From NCBI GenBank assembly GCA_013388755.1, contig JACAEQ010000036.1, forward strand, positions 1 through 64,000: a stretch of DNA of 64,000 nucleotides, given 5' to 3'. Below, piece after piece: positions 42,639-52,577 of this stretch. The notes beneath the pieces were generated by a model. The model had not been told where the DNA came from, made no database searches, and was given only the letters and a program-made list of their open reading frames with translations. The translations under genes were made by a program, and so were the position numbers. How positions within the stretch are numbered: the stretch's first letter is position 1; each line of letters opens with the position of its first letter. The stretch comes from Chloroflexota bacterium. GTDB lineage: Bacteria > Chloroflexota > Chloroflexia > Chloroflexales > Roseiflexaceae.

Positions 42639-44975
42639 ATGCAACCTGCCGCAACCCGATCGTTCGCGGTGCGCATGATTGCGGCTGCAGCGTTTGGTGC
42701 GCTACTGGCGGCATTGCTGGGCCAGATCCCTGTAACGCACCAGGTTGACATCGGTGGGAGCGATGCCGCCTATGTGCGCGGGTTCTACGACCCGGAACGC
42801 AGTGACGCTCCAGGAGCGCCGGCCTATCTCAACGGATCGGATGGCAGCGCCCGCTGGTCGCGTGCCGAGTCCTACCTCCTGTTTCCTCAGGCCGGCCTGC
42901 CCGCCGAGGTGACGATCCGTGTGCGTGGCTGGCGCGCTGGCGCTTCGCCTCCCGCCGTCACGCTCCTGGTAGAGGGCGGCGAAACACGCACCATTGCGAC
43001 GACCGGCGAATGGCAGGACCTCCAGGTTCCGGTCAGCGGCGGTCTTCTGAAACCAGAAGATGTGCTTATCATCCTCCGCACCGAGGTTGCCCCAGCCGGC
43101 AACGGCGATCCGCGGCGGGTGGGCGTTCTGATTGACCGGGCAACGTATCGTACTGCCGCGCCGCCGCTGATGCCATACCCGGCGCAACTGGCATGGGGGG
43201 CGCTGGCCGGCGCATTGCTCTGCCTGGCGCTTACCGCGTATCGCACAACGACTGCACAGGCGCCGGATGCGCCCCGACAACGCGAACATGCGCTCCTTAT
43301 CCCTCCGCCGCTGTTCGCCTGCCTTGCCGGCGCAGGACTCGTCGGCATGCTCTATCTGCTTCTGTACCGGTTCCAGCCGCCCTATCCCTACCCATTGCGC
43401 GGCTTTCTCCCTGCCGTATGTGTCACGCTCGGCGTAGCCGCCGCAGTGCGCCATGGCCCCCGGCTCGCAACGCGCCTGCCGGTGCTGCCGGATGTACTCG
43501 CACCGGGTGGCATTGTTGTGTGGACGGGTATGGTTCTGCTGGCGGCCCGCGAGCATGTCACGCTCTCCGTGCCCGGCGTCGAGAAGGATTTCCGCGTCTT
43601 CGCGACACGCGCGGTCGATCCGGCGCTCATCTTCCGTGCTGACGGATTTTACAACCTGGGCTATCCACTGCTCCTCTGGTGCGTTGCACCGCTGACCGGC
43701 GGTAACCTCTTTCTTGCCGCAACCCTTATCGCCGCCATGTCCGGCGCGCTTCTGCTTGGTGCAACCTGGGTGCTGGTACGTCAGGTGCTCGGGCGCTGGC
43801 CGGCAACCGTGGCTCTGATCGCGCTTGGTTTCAGCCCATTCGTGGTGCAATATGCGTTATACGTCGGCAGCGACATGCCCTTCGCCGCCCTGTGCATCCT
43901 GGCCCTGACGCTGCTACTTGTAAGCGACAGTCGCCGGCCCTGGCCGTACCTGCTCGCCGGCCTGGCCGCTGGCGCCGCGTTCCTTGTGCGCCATCCGGGC
44001 ATCCTGTTGCTTCCGTCTGGCGTGCTCGCGCTGCTGGCGCAACACGCAACGGCCGGCCGGGCGCGTTCATCTCTCAACGCGCTCGTTTTCTGCAGCGCAT
44101 TCTTCATTGCCATTCTTCCACAACTCTTCGTCAATCTACGCGACACCGGCAACCCGATCTACAGCCAGCAGGCCAAGAACGTCTGGCTGGCGGTCTATGG
44201 TGATGGCGATTGGGGGCGCTGGAACGAGGTGAGTAATGATGTGTCCCTGGCTCGCCTGATCGCGGACGACCCGCCACGCTTCGTTGCGGCCTGGTGGACC
44301 AACCTGCGCGGGTTCATCGGCGCCGGAGCAGAGGATACCAGCGAGTCCGGGCGGGCGATGCAATTGCGGCTGCTCGCCTTCCCGGCAAACTGGCTTGCCG
44401 TGCTGGGGATCGCCGGCTGGCTCGCGCTCATCCTGGTGCGCGGCGTGCGTGCGTCGCTGCCACCTCTCGCTCGCGCGCCCCTGATCATCCTGCTTACCTG
44501 GGTTGCACTCTATGCCGGCGCGCTCAGTGTCGGCCTGCCGTTACAACGATTCTTCCTGCCGCTTGCGCCGGTCTACGCGATTGCGGCCGCCTGGGCGCTC
44601 ACCACAGCCGTGCGTCTGCTGGCCGCAGGGCATGCCCGACAACCGGCACGCCTTCAGATCCTTGCCGTGCTGGCGCTCCTGTTCCTGATGTGGGACGGGG
44701 TCACCATCGGCGCGCGCTATGTGCTCGATCGGCAGCCTGCCGCTGAAGTCGCCGCGGTGCGCCTGGTGCAACAGGCGCTGCCACCGGGCGAACGGTTCGG
44801 TGCATCGCTCGCGCCGGGCGACCCGGTCGGCAAGTATTCCGCCATCGCTCACCGCGTCGCATCTGCGGGGGAACCAGCGCGCTACCTGCTCCATAGTACA
44901 GACGCCGGCTCACCGCCTGCAGGAGCAGTCATCGCGACATCCGGCACATACGTACTGCTGCAGGTCGGGCCATGA
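42639..44975 (+). CDS. GT-C fold membrane glycosyltransferase (ArnT/PMT, GT39/GT83-like) with N-terminal extracytoplasmic domain
   Basis: N-terminal TM + ~200-aa soluble domain, then >=10 TM helices; paralogous to the downstream GT39-like gene; start uncertain (42639 or 42675). Confidence 0.6.
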   Translation: MQPAATRSFAVRMIAAAAFGALLAALLGQIPVTHQVDIGGSDAAYVRGFYDPERSDAPGAPAYLNGSDGSARWSRAESYLLFPQAGLPAEVTIRVRGWRAGASPPAVTLLVEGGETRTIATTGEWQDLQVPVSGGLLKPEDVLIILRTEVAPAGNGDPRRVGVLIDRATYRTAAPPLMPYPAQLAWGALAGALLCLALTAYRTTTAQAPDAPRQREHALLIPPPLFACLAGAGLVGMLYLLLYRFQPPYPYPLRGFLPAVCVTLGVAAAVRHGPRLATRLPVLPDVLAPGGIVVWTGMVLLAAREHVTLSVPGVEKDFRVFATRAVDPALIFRADGFYNLGYPLLLWCVAPLTGGNLFLAATLIAAMSGALLLGATWVLVRQVLGRWPATVALIALGFSPFVVQYALYVGSDMPFAALCILALTLLLVSDSRRPWPYLLAGLAAGAAFLVRHPGILLLPSGVLALLAQHATAGRARSSLNALVFCSAFFIAILPQLFVNLRDTGNPIYSQQAKNVWLAVYGDGDWGRWNEVSNDVSLARLIADDPPRFVAAWWTNLRGFIGAGAEDTSESGRAMQLRLLAFPANWLAVLGIAGWLALILVRGVRASLPPLARAPLIILLTWVALYAGALSVGLPLQRFFLPLAPVYAIAAAWALTTAVRLLAAGHARQPARLQILAVLALLFLMWDGVTIGARYVLDRQPAAEVAAVRLVQQALPPGERFGASLAPGDPVGKYSAIAHRVASAGEPARYLLHSTDAGSPPAGAVIATSGTYVLLQVGP

Positions 44976-47224
44976 AACGCGCAGAGAGTCTGCCGCGGCA
45001 GAGCGATCTGCACGCGCAAACTGCAACGCGCCTGCCAGAGGATGACATCGGTACGCGCGCCCATCACCGCTTCGCCATACTGGCCGCCGTCAACTGGCCA
45101 CTGGTGCTGCTCGTGCTGGCGACCGTTGCACTACGGATCTGGTTCATCAGCGTCAGCCCACTCGACCCGCGCTATTCGAATGCTGATGATGGCGACTATT
45201 ATCGCCGGGCATTACGCCTGGCCGTTACCGGCGCCTACATTGACGACGCCTGGTTGATCCGGCCACCGCTGCACGTCTGGTTCTTTGCTGCGTGGCTGCG
45301 CCTGGCGCTGGTGCTCGGCATACCGCAGGCCGGCCTGTTGTTTGTTCAACTGGCACAGGTAGCGCTGGCGGCGCTGACCACCCTGGCCGGATACGATCTG
45401 GCGCGCCGGCTGTTCCATACCCGACGCGCCGGCCTGCTCTTTGCCGGCTTCCTGGCGCTCTGGCATCCACTGGTTGAGCAAACCAGCGTGCTCTTCAGCG
45501 AGCACCTCTATCTGTTTCTCTTCTTGCTGCACCTCTGGCTCCTGCTGCGCTATGACCAGCATGCACAACTCCGCGATCTGGCGCTGGCCGGCGTGGCGCT
45601 CGGCGCCGCGGCGCTGACCCGCTCGCCGGCATTGTATGCTGTGGTCTTTGTCGCCGGCTGGCTGGTCGTGCGAGCATTCAGCAACCACGCATCACCGATG
45701 CCGGCACGCGCAGCCACGGAATGCAGCCACACACAGGATGCTCGCCGTCCCACGACGGCCGGCCTGCTCAGAGCCACCGTGATCGTCGTGGCCTCGTGCC
45801 TGGCGGTGGTGGGACCCTGGACGGCGCGCAACTATGCGACCTACGGGCATCTGATCCCGGTTGACACCCTCGGGCAGATTAACCTGTGGCTCGACCTGGA
45901 CGCGGTGGAACGGCGCAACGCAAACATTGAGACACTGCGCCGCATGCCACAGGCAGAACGCCACATGTACGCGCTGGCGCGCGCGCGCGAGATCTTCACC
46001 GCCGACCCCTGGCGTCCGTTCCGGCCAATGTGGGCCACGTTTCGCCATATCTGTAAGGCGCAATTCATCGAGGATTACTTCGTCAAGCAAAGTTTCTTCA
46101 CCCGCCCGCTACGTGAGACGGCGCCGCTCGGCCTGCCGGGTGACATCATCTGGCTGGCGTTTACGGTTGCCGGTATCGCCGGGCTGGCAGGGCGCGTGCG
46201 CGAAGGATGGCATCACCGGCTGTTCTTTCTGGCCTGGATCGCGTACTCACTGGTGACCGTCCTCATTTTTCACGTTGAACCACGTTACCTTCTGCCGCTC
46301 TGGACGCTACTGGCGCTCTACGGCGCCGGTACGCTGGCACAGTTTCGACGCACCGCACACATCCATCCACAGCGATGGGTCACATCACGGCTCACAGCGC
46401 AAATAGTGCTGATCGCCCTCTTCTTCTGGCTTGTCTTCACCTACCGCGACTATCCGGCGATCATCACGAGCGGCGTGGCGCGCGAGCGCGCCATGGTCGC
46501 CGGCATTGCAGCCTACCGGGCCGGTGATTACGGTGCTGCGGAACGCTGGTATCGCGCGGCGCTCGCGGCACAACCCGGATTCGTAGATGCTCAGGTGCAC
46601 CTGGCGCTGGCGCTGGCGGCACAGGAGCGCCAGACTGAGGCAATCGCGACGATCCAGCGCAACAGCTCGCGCCATGCCGAACTGGTCGCCGGCGCATTGC
46701 TGCGCGACACGGGCGACCAGGCAGGGGCCGCGCGCATTCTGACCGATATTGAGGCCATCGCCGGCGAAGACATTCAACGCTGGGCGATCGAATGGTTGCG
46801 CCCGCCTCCCGTGAATGCCATACGCCTTGGTGACGGGCTCGACATGGGGTATGTCATGGGCTTCTCGCCGCCGGAGGATGGCGCGCAGGGCAGTTTCCGC
46901 TGGCTCGAAGGGCGCGGTGCCATCACACTTCCGCTTGCAACGCCGCTACGCTCCGGTGCAACCATCACACTCTCGATGGCCGGCGGGCCGGCAATGGCAG
47001 TCACACCGTTGACCGTGCGAATCGGCGGCGGGCCGGCATGGACCATCCCGGTGGCGCGGGGACAATGGCGGAGTTATTTCATCATCGTACCACCGCAACT
47101 CGCCGGTGCACAGCGCGTAACGATCGAGCTCAGCGCACCAACCTTCGTGCCCGCGTTACTCGACCCCGCCAGTGATGATGCCCGCGCCCTGAGCCTGATG
47201 ATCGCCAGCGTTCGGGTACGGTAG
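44972..47224 (+). CDS. Glycosyltransferase family 39-like (ArnT/PMT-type, polyprenyl-phosphate-sugar dependent) with C-terminal TPR and beta domain
   Basis: Loop-1 acidic motif [11 protein letters not shown], many TM helices, C-terminal TPR-like segment ([36 protein letters not shown]); ATGA overlap with upstream gene. Confidence 0.72.
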   Translation: MKRAESLPRQSDLHAQTATRLPEDDIGTRAHHRFAILAAVNWPLVLLVLATVALRIWFISVSPLDPRYSNADDGDYYRRALRLAVTGAYIDDAWLIRPPLHVWFFAAWLRLALVLGIPQAGLLFVQLAQVALAALTTLAGYDLARRLFHTRRAGLLFAGFLALWHPLVEQTSVLFSEHLYLFLFLLHLWLLLRYDQHAQLRDLALAGVALGAAALTRSPALYAVVFVAGWLVVRAFSNHASPMPARAATECSHTQDARRPTTAGLLRATVIVVASCLAVVGPWTARNYATYGHLIPVDTLGQINLWLDLDAVERRNANIETLRRMPQAERHMYALARAREIFTADPWRPFRPMWATFRHICKAQFIEDYFVKQSFFTRPLRETAPLGLPGDIIWLAFTVAGIAGLAGRVREGWHHRLFFLAWIAYSLVTVLIFHVEPRYLLPLWTLLALYGAGTLAQFRRTAHIHPQRWVTSRLTAQIVLIALFFWLVFTYRDYPAIITSGVARERAMVAGIAAYRAGDYGAAERWYRAALAAQPGFVDAQVHLALALAAQERQTEAIATIQRNSSRHAELVAGALLRDTGDQAGAARILTDIEAIAGEDIQRWAIEWLRPPPVNAIRLGDGLDMGYVMGFSPPEDGAQGSFRWLEGRGAITLPLATPLRSGATITLSMAGGPAMAVTPLTVRIGGGPAWTIPVARGQWRSYFIIVPPQLAGAQRVTIELSAPTFVPALLDPASDDARALSLMIASVRVR

Positions 47225-47321
47225 GCGCGCAGCACATGGAGAACGCAGAACATGGTACAATCCTGCCGGAGCAGATCGCGCATGGGGCAGCGGGGAATTG
47301 TACCGCGTTATGAAGGGTCAT

Positions 47322-47933
47322 ATGTCGCAACCCGTCATTCTGGCAACCGACCTCGAAGGCGTCCTCGTTCCGGAAATCTGGATCGCCGTGGCGGAACGCT
47401 CCGGCATCGAACAGTTGCGTCTGACAACACGCGACGTTCCTGATTATGATGAATTGATGCGCGGGCGTATGGCACTTCTGCGCGCACACGGCCTGACACT
47501 GGCAGATATCCAGCGCGTCATCGGGACGATTGACCCGTTGCCGGGAGCAGCTGAGGCGCTGGCGCGCCTGCGCGAAGTGACGCAGGTGATCATTCTATCG
47601 GATACATTTTACGAGTTTGCCATGCCACTCATGGCAAAGCTCGGCTGGCCGACGCTCTTCTGCCATACACTTGAGGTCGACGGCGACGGTATGATCGCCG
47701 GTTATCGCCTGCGCCTGCCGGACAGTAAAACCGCCGCCGTGCACGCACTGCGCGACATCCGGTTCCGCGTCCTGGCCGTCGGCGACTCCTACAACGATAC
47801 CGGCATGCTGGCAGCAGCCGACGCAGGCGCGCTGTTCGAGCCGCCGCCGAATGTGATCGCCGATTTCCCGCAGTTCCCCGTGCTGCGCAGTTACGACGAT
47901 CTGCTGGCATTTGTTGAACGCGAACGGCAATAA
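47322..47933 (+). CDS. HAD-superfamily phosphatase, ThrH-like (phosphoserine phosphatase / homoserine phosphotransferase family)
   Basis: [39 protein letters not shown]...[27 protein letters not shown]...[12 protein letters not shown] closely follows the ThrH pattern recalled from Pseudomonas. Confidence 0.75.
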   Translation: MSQPVILATDLEGVLVPEIWIAVAERSGIEQLRLTTRDVPDYDELMRGRMALLRAHGLTLADIQRVIGTIDPLPGAAEALARLREVTQVIILSDTFYEFAMPLMAKLGWPTLFCHTLEVDGDGMIAGYRLRLPDSKTAAVHALRDIRFRVLAVGDSYNDTGMLAAADAGALFEPPPNVIADFPQFPVLRSYDDLLAFVERERQ

Positions 47934-47940
47934 GAGCCTG

Positions 47941-48072
47941 TCCAAATAACGGGTTGGATGGCATTGCGCGCGAAGCGACGCAAGCGGAGATTGCTTCAGC
48001 CACGCATCGCTCGCTGCAGGTTGTCGCTCGCGCTCTGCGCAATGACATAAGGCGTCGCGTTGTTCGGATAGG
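47941..48072. repeat. Family-B repeat (copy B4)
   Basis: CCAAATAACGGGTTGGATGGCATTGCGCGCGAAGCGACGCAAGCGGAGATTGC...GCGCTCTGCGCAATGACATAAGGCGTCGCGTTGTTCGGATAGG. Confidence 0.75.
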
Positions 48073-48087
48073 CACGAAACAGCTTCC

Positions 48088-49023
48088 ATGGCTATCGAAA
48101 CATACGTCAGACCCGAAGTTGCACCAGACGCCGAGACGTCGCTACACTGGCCGTTTCGCGTCAGTGTCGTCATTCCAGCCTATAACGAAGGGCCGCGGGT
48201 CGCGGGCGTCATCCGGGAGGTGCGCGTCCGGCTCCCGGATGCCGAGATCATTGTTGTTGACGACGCGTCATCGGATGATACCGCCGCACAGGCGGCGGCA
48301 GCCGGCGCAATCGTCATCAGCCGGCCGCACAATATCGGCAACGGCGCCGGCGTGCGTACCGGTGTACGCGCCGCAACCGGCGACGTCGTCATCGTGATTG
48401 ATGCCGACGGCCAGCATAACCCCGCCGACATTCCACGTCTGCTGGCCCACCTCGACCGGTATGACATGGTGATCGCCACCCGCCCGGATCGCGAAAGCCA
48501 CGAGAATCTGTTGCGCTGGTTCGGCAATACGGTTCTCAATGCGCTTGGCAGCTATTTATCCGGCTTTGCGATGAAGGATCTGACGTCGGGGTTCCGCGCC
48601 ATGCGCCGCGATGCCATCCTCGAATTTGCGCATCTACTGCCGAACCAGTTCGGCTGGCCGATGACCAGCGCAATGGCCTTCGCAAAAGCTGGCTACCATA
48701 TCAAGTTCGAACCGGTAACCATGCAAAAGCGCCAGGGAGGCCGCAGCACCCAGAAGTTGTTCAAAAACGGCGTGCGCAACATCCTCATCATGCTGCGCAT
48801 GGTCTCGATGTTCGCGCCGTTACGCGTCTATTTTCCAGTGGCGCTGGCCATGTTCGCCCTCAGCCTGGCATCGTTCGCCATCAGCTATTTCGTCACCGAT
48901 CCAGGGCGCTTCCGCGTGCCCAACTCGGCGGTTGGCCTGTTCGTCGGTGCGATCGTCGTGTTCATGTTCGGCTTGCTGGCGGAACAGATCGCCGGCCTGC
49001 GTTTTCAGCGGCGCGACCAGTGA
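48088..49023 (+). CDS. GT2 polyprenyl-phosphate glycosyltransferase (DPM1/ArnC/GtrB-like) with C-terminal TM helices
   Basis: VSVVIPAYNEGPRV, VVDDASSDDT (DxD context), two C-terminal TM helices. Confidence 0.82.
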   Translation: MAIETYVRPEVAPDAETSLHWPFRVSVVIPAYNEGPRVAGVIREVRVRLPDAEIIVVDDASSDDTAAQAAAAGAIVISRPHNIGNGAGVRTGVRAATGDVVIVIDADGQHNPADIPRLLAHLDRYDMVIATRPDRESHENLLRWFGNTVLNALGSYLSGFAMKDLTSGFRAMRRDAILEFAHLLPNQFGWPMTSAMAFAKAGYHIKFEPVTMQKRQGGRSTQKLFKNGVRNILIMLRMVSMFAPLRVYFPVALAMFALSLASFAISYFVTDPGRFRVPNSAVGLFVGAIVVFMFGLLAEQIAGLRFQRRDQ

Positions 49024-50036
49024 AACGCACCTCTCGCTGGCTGTTGCGCCTGATCGGCCCCATGCTGCTGATCTTCTTCCTGTGGCGCAGCGATCTGCGC
49101 GCGCTCGGCGCTGCGTTGATCGGGATCGACGTGTGGCCGGCGCTCCTGTCGCTTGCCCTGATGCCGGTCTTTGTGTGGGTCAAATCGTGGCGCTGGGGCC
49201 TGATTATCCGCGAGCAGGGGCACACGACGCCACCGCTGCCGTACATGGCCGCGCTCTACGCCATCGGTCTCTATGCCGGTGGCATTACGCCGGGGCAGTC
49301 GGGCGACTTCATTAAAGCATGGTACCTGCGCGAACGCGGCGTGCCCCTGGCGCCCGGCTTGCTCAGTATTGTGCTCGACCGCCTGTTTGATTTTATCATC
49401 TGGGCGGTGCTTGCCGTGCTCAGCCTGGCGGCCTTCATTGATGTGTTTCCGGCGGACATGCGCAGCGCCGTACAACTGGCGACGGTGGGCTTTGCGCTGG
49501 CGGTAATGGTCGCCGCGCCGGGATTGATGGCGCGCGTGCCGCGCGAGTGGGTCATGGCGCGTGTGATCCCGCTGCTGCGGGGAAGGCTCCGCGAGGCGCT
49601 TGAACGGCTGCGCGCACAACTTGCGCCACTCAGCCTCCGCCTCACACCCCTGTTGCTGCTCCTGCTCGGCACCATTGGATCGGCAACGTCCACCTTTGTG
49701 CGTATCTATCTTCTGTACCTGGCACTTCGGCTGGGCGACATTCCAGTGCTCGAGGTTCTGGCCGCTACGGGTCTGATCGCTATCCTCCAGGCGTTACCCA
49801 TCAGTTTCGCCGGTGTCGGTGTCCGTGATGCTGTGCTGATCGCCATGCTGCAACGCCATGGCCACGCACCGGAGATCGCGCTCGGGCTCTCGGCGTTGTT
49901 TCTGCTGATCAATATCGAACATATTCTGGTCGGTTTCCTGGTTTCGTTGCGCTACCCGCTCGGTACAGCGCAGGCCGGCGCCTCAATCGATGCGGCGGAA
50001 CATGAACCTGCTTCCGGGCACATGCAGGGGCAGTAG
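49020..50036 (+). CDS. Lysylphosphatidylglycerol-synthase-TM-region-like (UPF0104) membrane protein, flippase-like
   Basis: 8 TM helices, LLRLIGPMLLIFFLWRSDLRAL... ; ATGA overlap with GT2. Confidence 0.65.
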   Translation: MKRTSRWLLRLIGPMLLIFFLWRSDLRALGAALIGIDVWPALLSLALMPVFVWVKSWRWGLIIREQGHTTPPLPYMAALYAIGLYAGGITPGQSGDFIKAWYLRERGVPLAPGLLSIVLDRLFDFIIWAVLAVLSLAAFIDVFPADMRSAVQLATVGFALAVMVAAPGLMARVPREWVMARVIPLLRGRLREALERLRAQLAPLSLRLTPLLLLLLGTIGSATSTFVRIYLLYLALRLGDIPVLEVLAATGLIAILQALPISFAGVGVRDAVLIAMLQRHGHAPEIALGLSALFLLINIEHILVGFLVSLRYPLGTAQAGASIDAAEHEPASGHMQGQ

Positions 50037-50062
50037 CGACTCATGCAGAGCGTGAAACAATC

Positions 50063-50464
50063 GTGCATCGCATTGTAATGTTGCTGGCGTTCACCATTCT
50101 GCCGGTTATGGGCCTCGTCGCCTGCGGCCCTGCGGCAACGATCAGTGAGCAACGCGCAGTGGACGGACTGACGATCGCACTCGAACGGCCGGCGCAACCG
50201 GTCGCATTGCGCGAGTATGCCTTCACGGCAACGATTACCGACGCGGCGGATCGTCCGGTGGACGCCGGATCAGTCTACTTCGACTTTACCATGCCGCAGA
50301 TGGTGATGGGAGTCAACCAGCCGATCGCCGACCGGCTCGGGCCGGGGCGCTATCGTGTGCGCACACTCTATTCCATGGAGGGTGACTGGCGCGTTACGGT
50401 CGTTGCCACCATCGAAGGGCGCGAAGTGCGCGCGCAGTTTGATCACGCGGTGCTACCGCCATGA
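50063..50464 (+). CDS. Small lipoprotein (signal peptide + lipobox LVAC), YtkA/FixH-like beta-sandwich suspected
   Basis: MHRIVMLLAFTILPVMGLVAC lipoprotein signal; no catalytic motif. Confidence 0.5.
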   Translation: MHRIVMLLAFTILPVMGLVACGPAATISEQRAVDGLTIALERPAQPVALREYAFTATITDAADRPVDAGSVYFDFTMPQMVMGVNQPIADRLGPGRYRVRTLYSMEGDWRVTVVATIEGREVRAQFDHAVLPP

Positions 50465-50649
50465 GTGTCAGATGACCATCCAGCCTGTTCGCCGGAGCGT
50501 TCCTGGCACCGGGTGCATTGCGGGGTAATCGCCGAGGGATTGCGCCAGTTGCAGGATGCGCGCCGGACGGCTGAGGTCGCTACATCGGCTCGCGCCCGGG
50601 GTCATTTCCGATGGGCCTGACCTGCCCACTCGAGGAGGAGAACACGATC

Positions 50650-51621
50650 ATGCAGTATGGTCACATACCCGGTATCGCCAGACCGGTCTCGCGGCTGGTC
50701 CAGGGATCAGTCATGGTGACCACACACGATCTCGATGGTAGCTTCCGCCTGCTCGATGCTGTCTTTGCGCTGGGATGCAATACGTTCGATACGGCGCACG
50801 TCTACGGCCAGGGGGACAATGAGCGCGCCATGGGGCGCTGGGTGCATGCGCGCGGCAATCGCGAGCAGGTCGTGATCATCGGCAAAGGGGCACATCATAA
50901 CGCCGACCGCAAGCGCGTCACGCCGTTCGACATCACCGCCGATCTGTTCGACTCGCTGGCACGTTTCAGATTTGACTATATCGATCTTTACCTGCTGCAC
51001 CGTGATGACCCATCGGTACCGGTCGGGCCGATTGTTGAGACCCTGAACGAGCACCGCGCAGCCGGGCGCATCCGCGCGTTCGGCGGGTCGAACTGGAGCC
51101 ACGAACGAATTGCGGAAGCCAATGCCTACGCTGCGGCCCACGGGCTGACGCCGTTCGTCGCCAGCAGCCCGAACTTCAGCCTGGCAGAGCAGTACCGTGA
51201 GCCGTGGGAAGGGTGCGTCAGTATCAGCGGCCCGCAACATGCGGCGGCGCGCGCCTGGTATGCGGCGCACCGCATGCCGCTCTTCACCTGGTCGAGCCTG
51301 GCCGGCGGCTTTTTCTCTGGCCGCCTACGGCGCGACAATCTCGATACATTCGAGGAATATCTCGATCGGCTGGCGGTACATTCGTATGCCGGCGAGGAGA
51401 ACTTCCGCCGCCTCGACCGGGCGCAGCAACTCGGCGACGCAAAAGGGCTGAGCATCCCACAGATTGCGCTGGCGTACGTCATGAGCCAGCCGCTCGACAT
51501 TTATGCCCTGGTCGGTTGTCGCACGCCAGAGGAGTTTGCCGCCAATGTCGTCGCCGCCGCCACGCGGTTGACGCCGGAGGAATGCGCCTGGCTCGACCTG
51601 CGCACCGATACGCTCCCATAA
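50650..51621 (+). CDS. Aldo/keto reductase
   Basis: NTFDTAHVYGQGDNERAMGRW, IDLYLLHRDD, GGSNW; GAGGAGGAG RBS before MQYGHIPG. Confidence 0.85.
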   Translation: MQYGHIPGIARPVSRLVQGSVMVTTHDLDGSFRLLDAVFALGCNTFDTAHVYGQGDNERAMGRWVHARGNREQVVIIGKGAHHNADRKRVTPFDITADLFDSLARFRFDYIDLYLLHRDDPSVPVGPIVETLNEHRAAGRIRAFGGSNWSHERIAEANAYAAAHGLTPFVASSPNFSLAEQYREPWEGCVSISGPQHAAARAWYAAHRMPLFTWSSLAGGFFSGRLRRDNLDTFEEYLDRLAVHSYAGEENFRRLDRAQQLGDAKGLSIPQIALAYVMSQPLDIYALVGCRTPEEFAANVVAAATRLTPEECAWLDLRTDTLP

Positions 51622-51649
51622 CGACCGCACCTGGCGCGTGAGGCGCTCT

Positions 51650-51838
51650 GTCTAGAACCAATACCTTTCACATACGCCCGTCACCCCCACCCCGGCCCTC
51701 CCCCGCCGGGGGAGGGAGTCCGACTCTTCCCCCTGGCGGGGGGAGGTCGGGTGGAGGGATCTGTTCCACCAAAGGTGAACGTGTTCTTTGAGTCCGACTC
51801 CTCCCCCCAGCGGGGGGAGGTCGGGTGTGTCTAGAACT
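51650..51838. mobile_element. Family-A MITE-like repeat (copy A3, two hairpin modules), CTAGAAC at both ends
   Basis: tgtCTAGAACCAATACCTTTCACATACGCCCGTCACCCCCACCCCGGCCCTCCCCCGCCGGGGGAGGGAGTCCGACTC is the reverse complement of the A2 right arm; second module CCTCCCCCCAGCGGGGGGAGG; ends ...gtgtCTAGAAC. Confidence 0.7.
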
Positions 51839-51896
51839 GTTCACACGTCTCCTGGGAGCACAGGTGTCCAGGTGCGTTTACGAAGATTCAGACGCC

Positions 51897-52195
51897 ACCT
51901 GTCAGTGCGCGGAGCGTCAGCGACCGCCTGTCAGTGCGCGGAGCGTTAGCGACCGCTTGCAGCGAGCGAAGCGTGGCTGAAGCAATCTCGGCGGAGACGG
52001 GAGATTGCTTCGCTGCGCGCGCAATGACCTGAAAGATGGGAGCTTGCGTCGCTGCGCGCGCAATGACCTGAAAGATGGGAGCTTGCGTCGCTGCGCGCGC
52101 ACTGACAGCCAGATGCCGCCCGTCAGTGCGTGGAGCGTTAGCGACCGCTTGCAGCGAGCGAAGCGTGGCTGACGCAATCTCCTCGCTGCGCGCGT
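51897..52195. repeat. Family-B repeat array (copy B5) with internal tandem duplications
   Basis: CTGTCAGTGCGCGGAGCGT(C/T)AGCGACCGC x2; 36-39-nt unit GCGCGCGCAATGACCTGAAAGATGGGAGCTTGCGTCGCT x2; ...GCGTGGAGCGTTAGCGACCGCTTGCAGCGAGCGAAGCGTGGCTGA... x2. Confidence 0.7.
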
Positions 52196-52313
52196 GGTTT
52201 CGCCGGCAGAGCTGGCGAAAACCACCACCCAGGAAGCGACGTACCGCTCTGCCGAAGGCAAGAGGAACCATGACGCGAATCGCCCGTCACGACGATCGCG
52301 CAACGCGCCTCAT

Positions 52314-52577
52314 TCAGGCAAGGCGCGCCGAAATGTACCGCACGATATCATTGAGCGTCGCCAGCTGGCCGTAATCTGCCTCGGGGATGGCCACCCCCAG
52401 CTCAGCATCGAGCGCAATCATGAAGTTGAGATAATCGAACGAGTCAATATCCAGCGCCTCGCGCACATTCACATCCGGCGACAGCGATTCAAGATCGGCC
52501 TCCGGCGCTATCTGCTTCAGGCAGGCGAAGATCACCTCTTTGATCTGCGCTGCGCTTAACGTCTGCACAGGTGTCAT
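52314..52577 (-). CDS. Acyl carrier protein (phosphopantetheine-binding, 87 aa)
   Basis: [21 protein letters not shown] (DSx attachment-Ser motif in a 4-helix ACP context); ATGA overlap with upstream E2 gene. Confidence 0.75.
   Translation of the reverse strand: MTPVQTLSAAQIKEVIFACLKQIAPEADLESLSPDVNVREALDIDSFDYLNFMIALDAELGVAIPEADYGQLATLNDIVRYISARLA

Noticed and set aside
42702-43850. 382-aa ORF antisense to the GT-C membrane protein gene
   Set aside because: Antisense artefact of GC-rich sequence.
51897-52195. Possible CRISPR array (tandem direct repeats)
   Set aside because: Repeat units are of unequal length (27-66 nt) with no regular unique spacers and no cas genes nearby; this is an internally duplicated family-B repeat.
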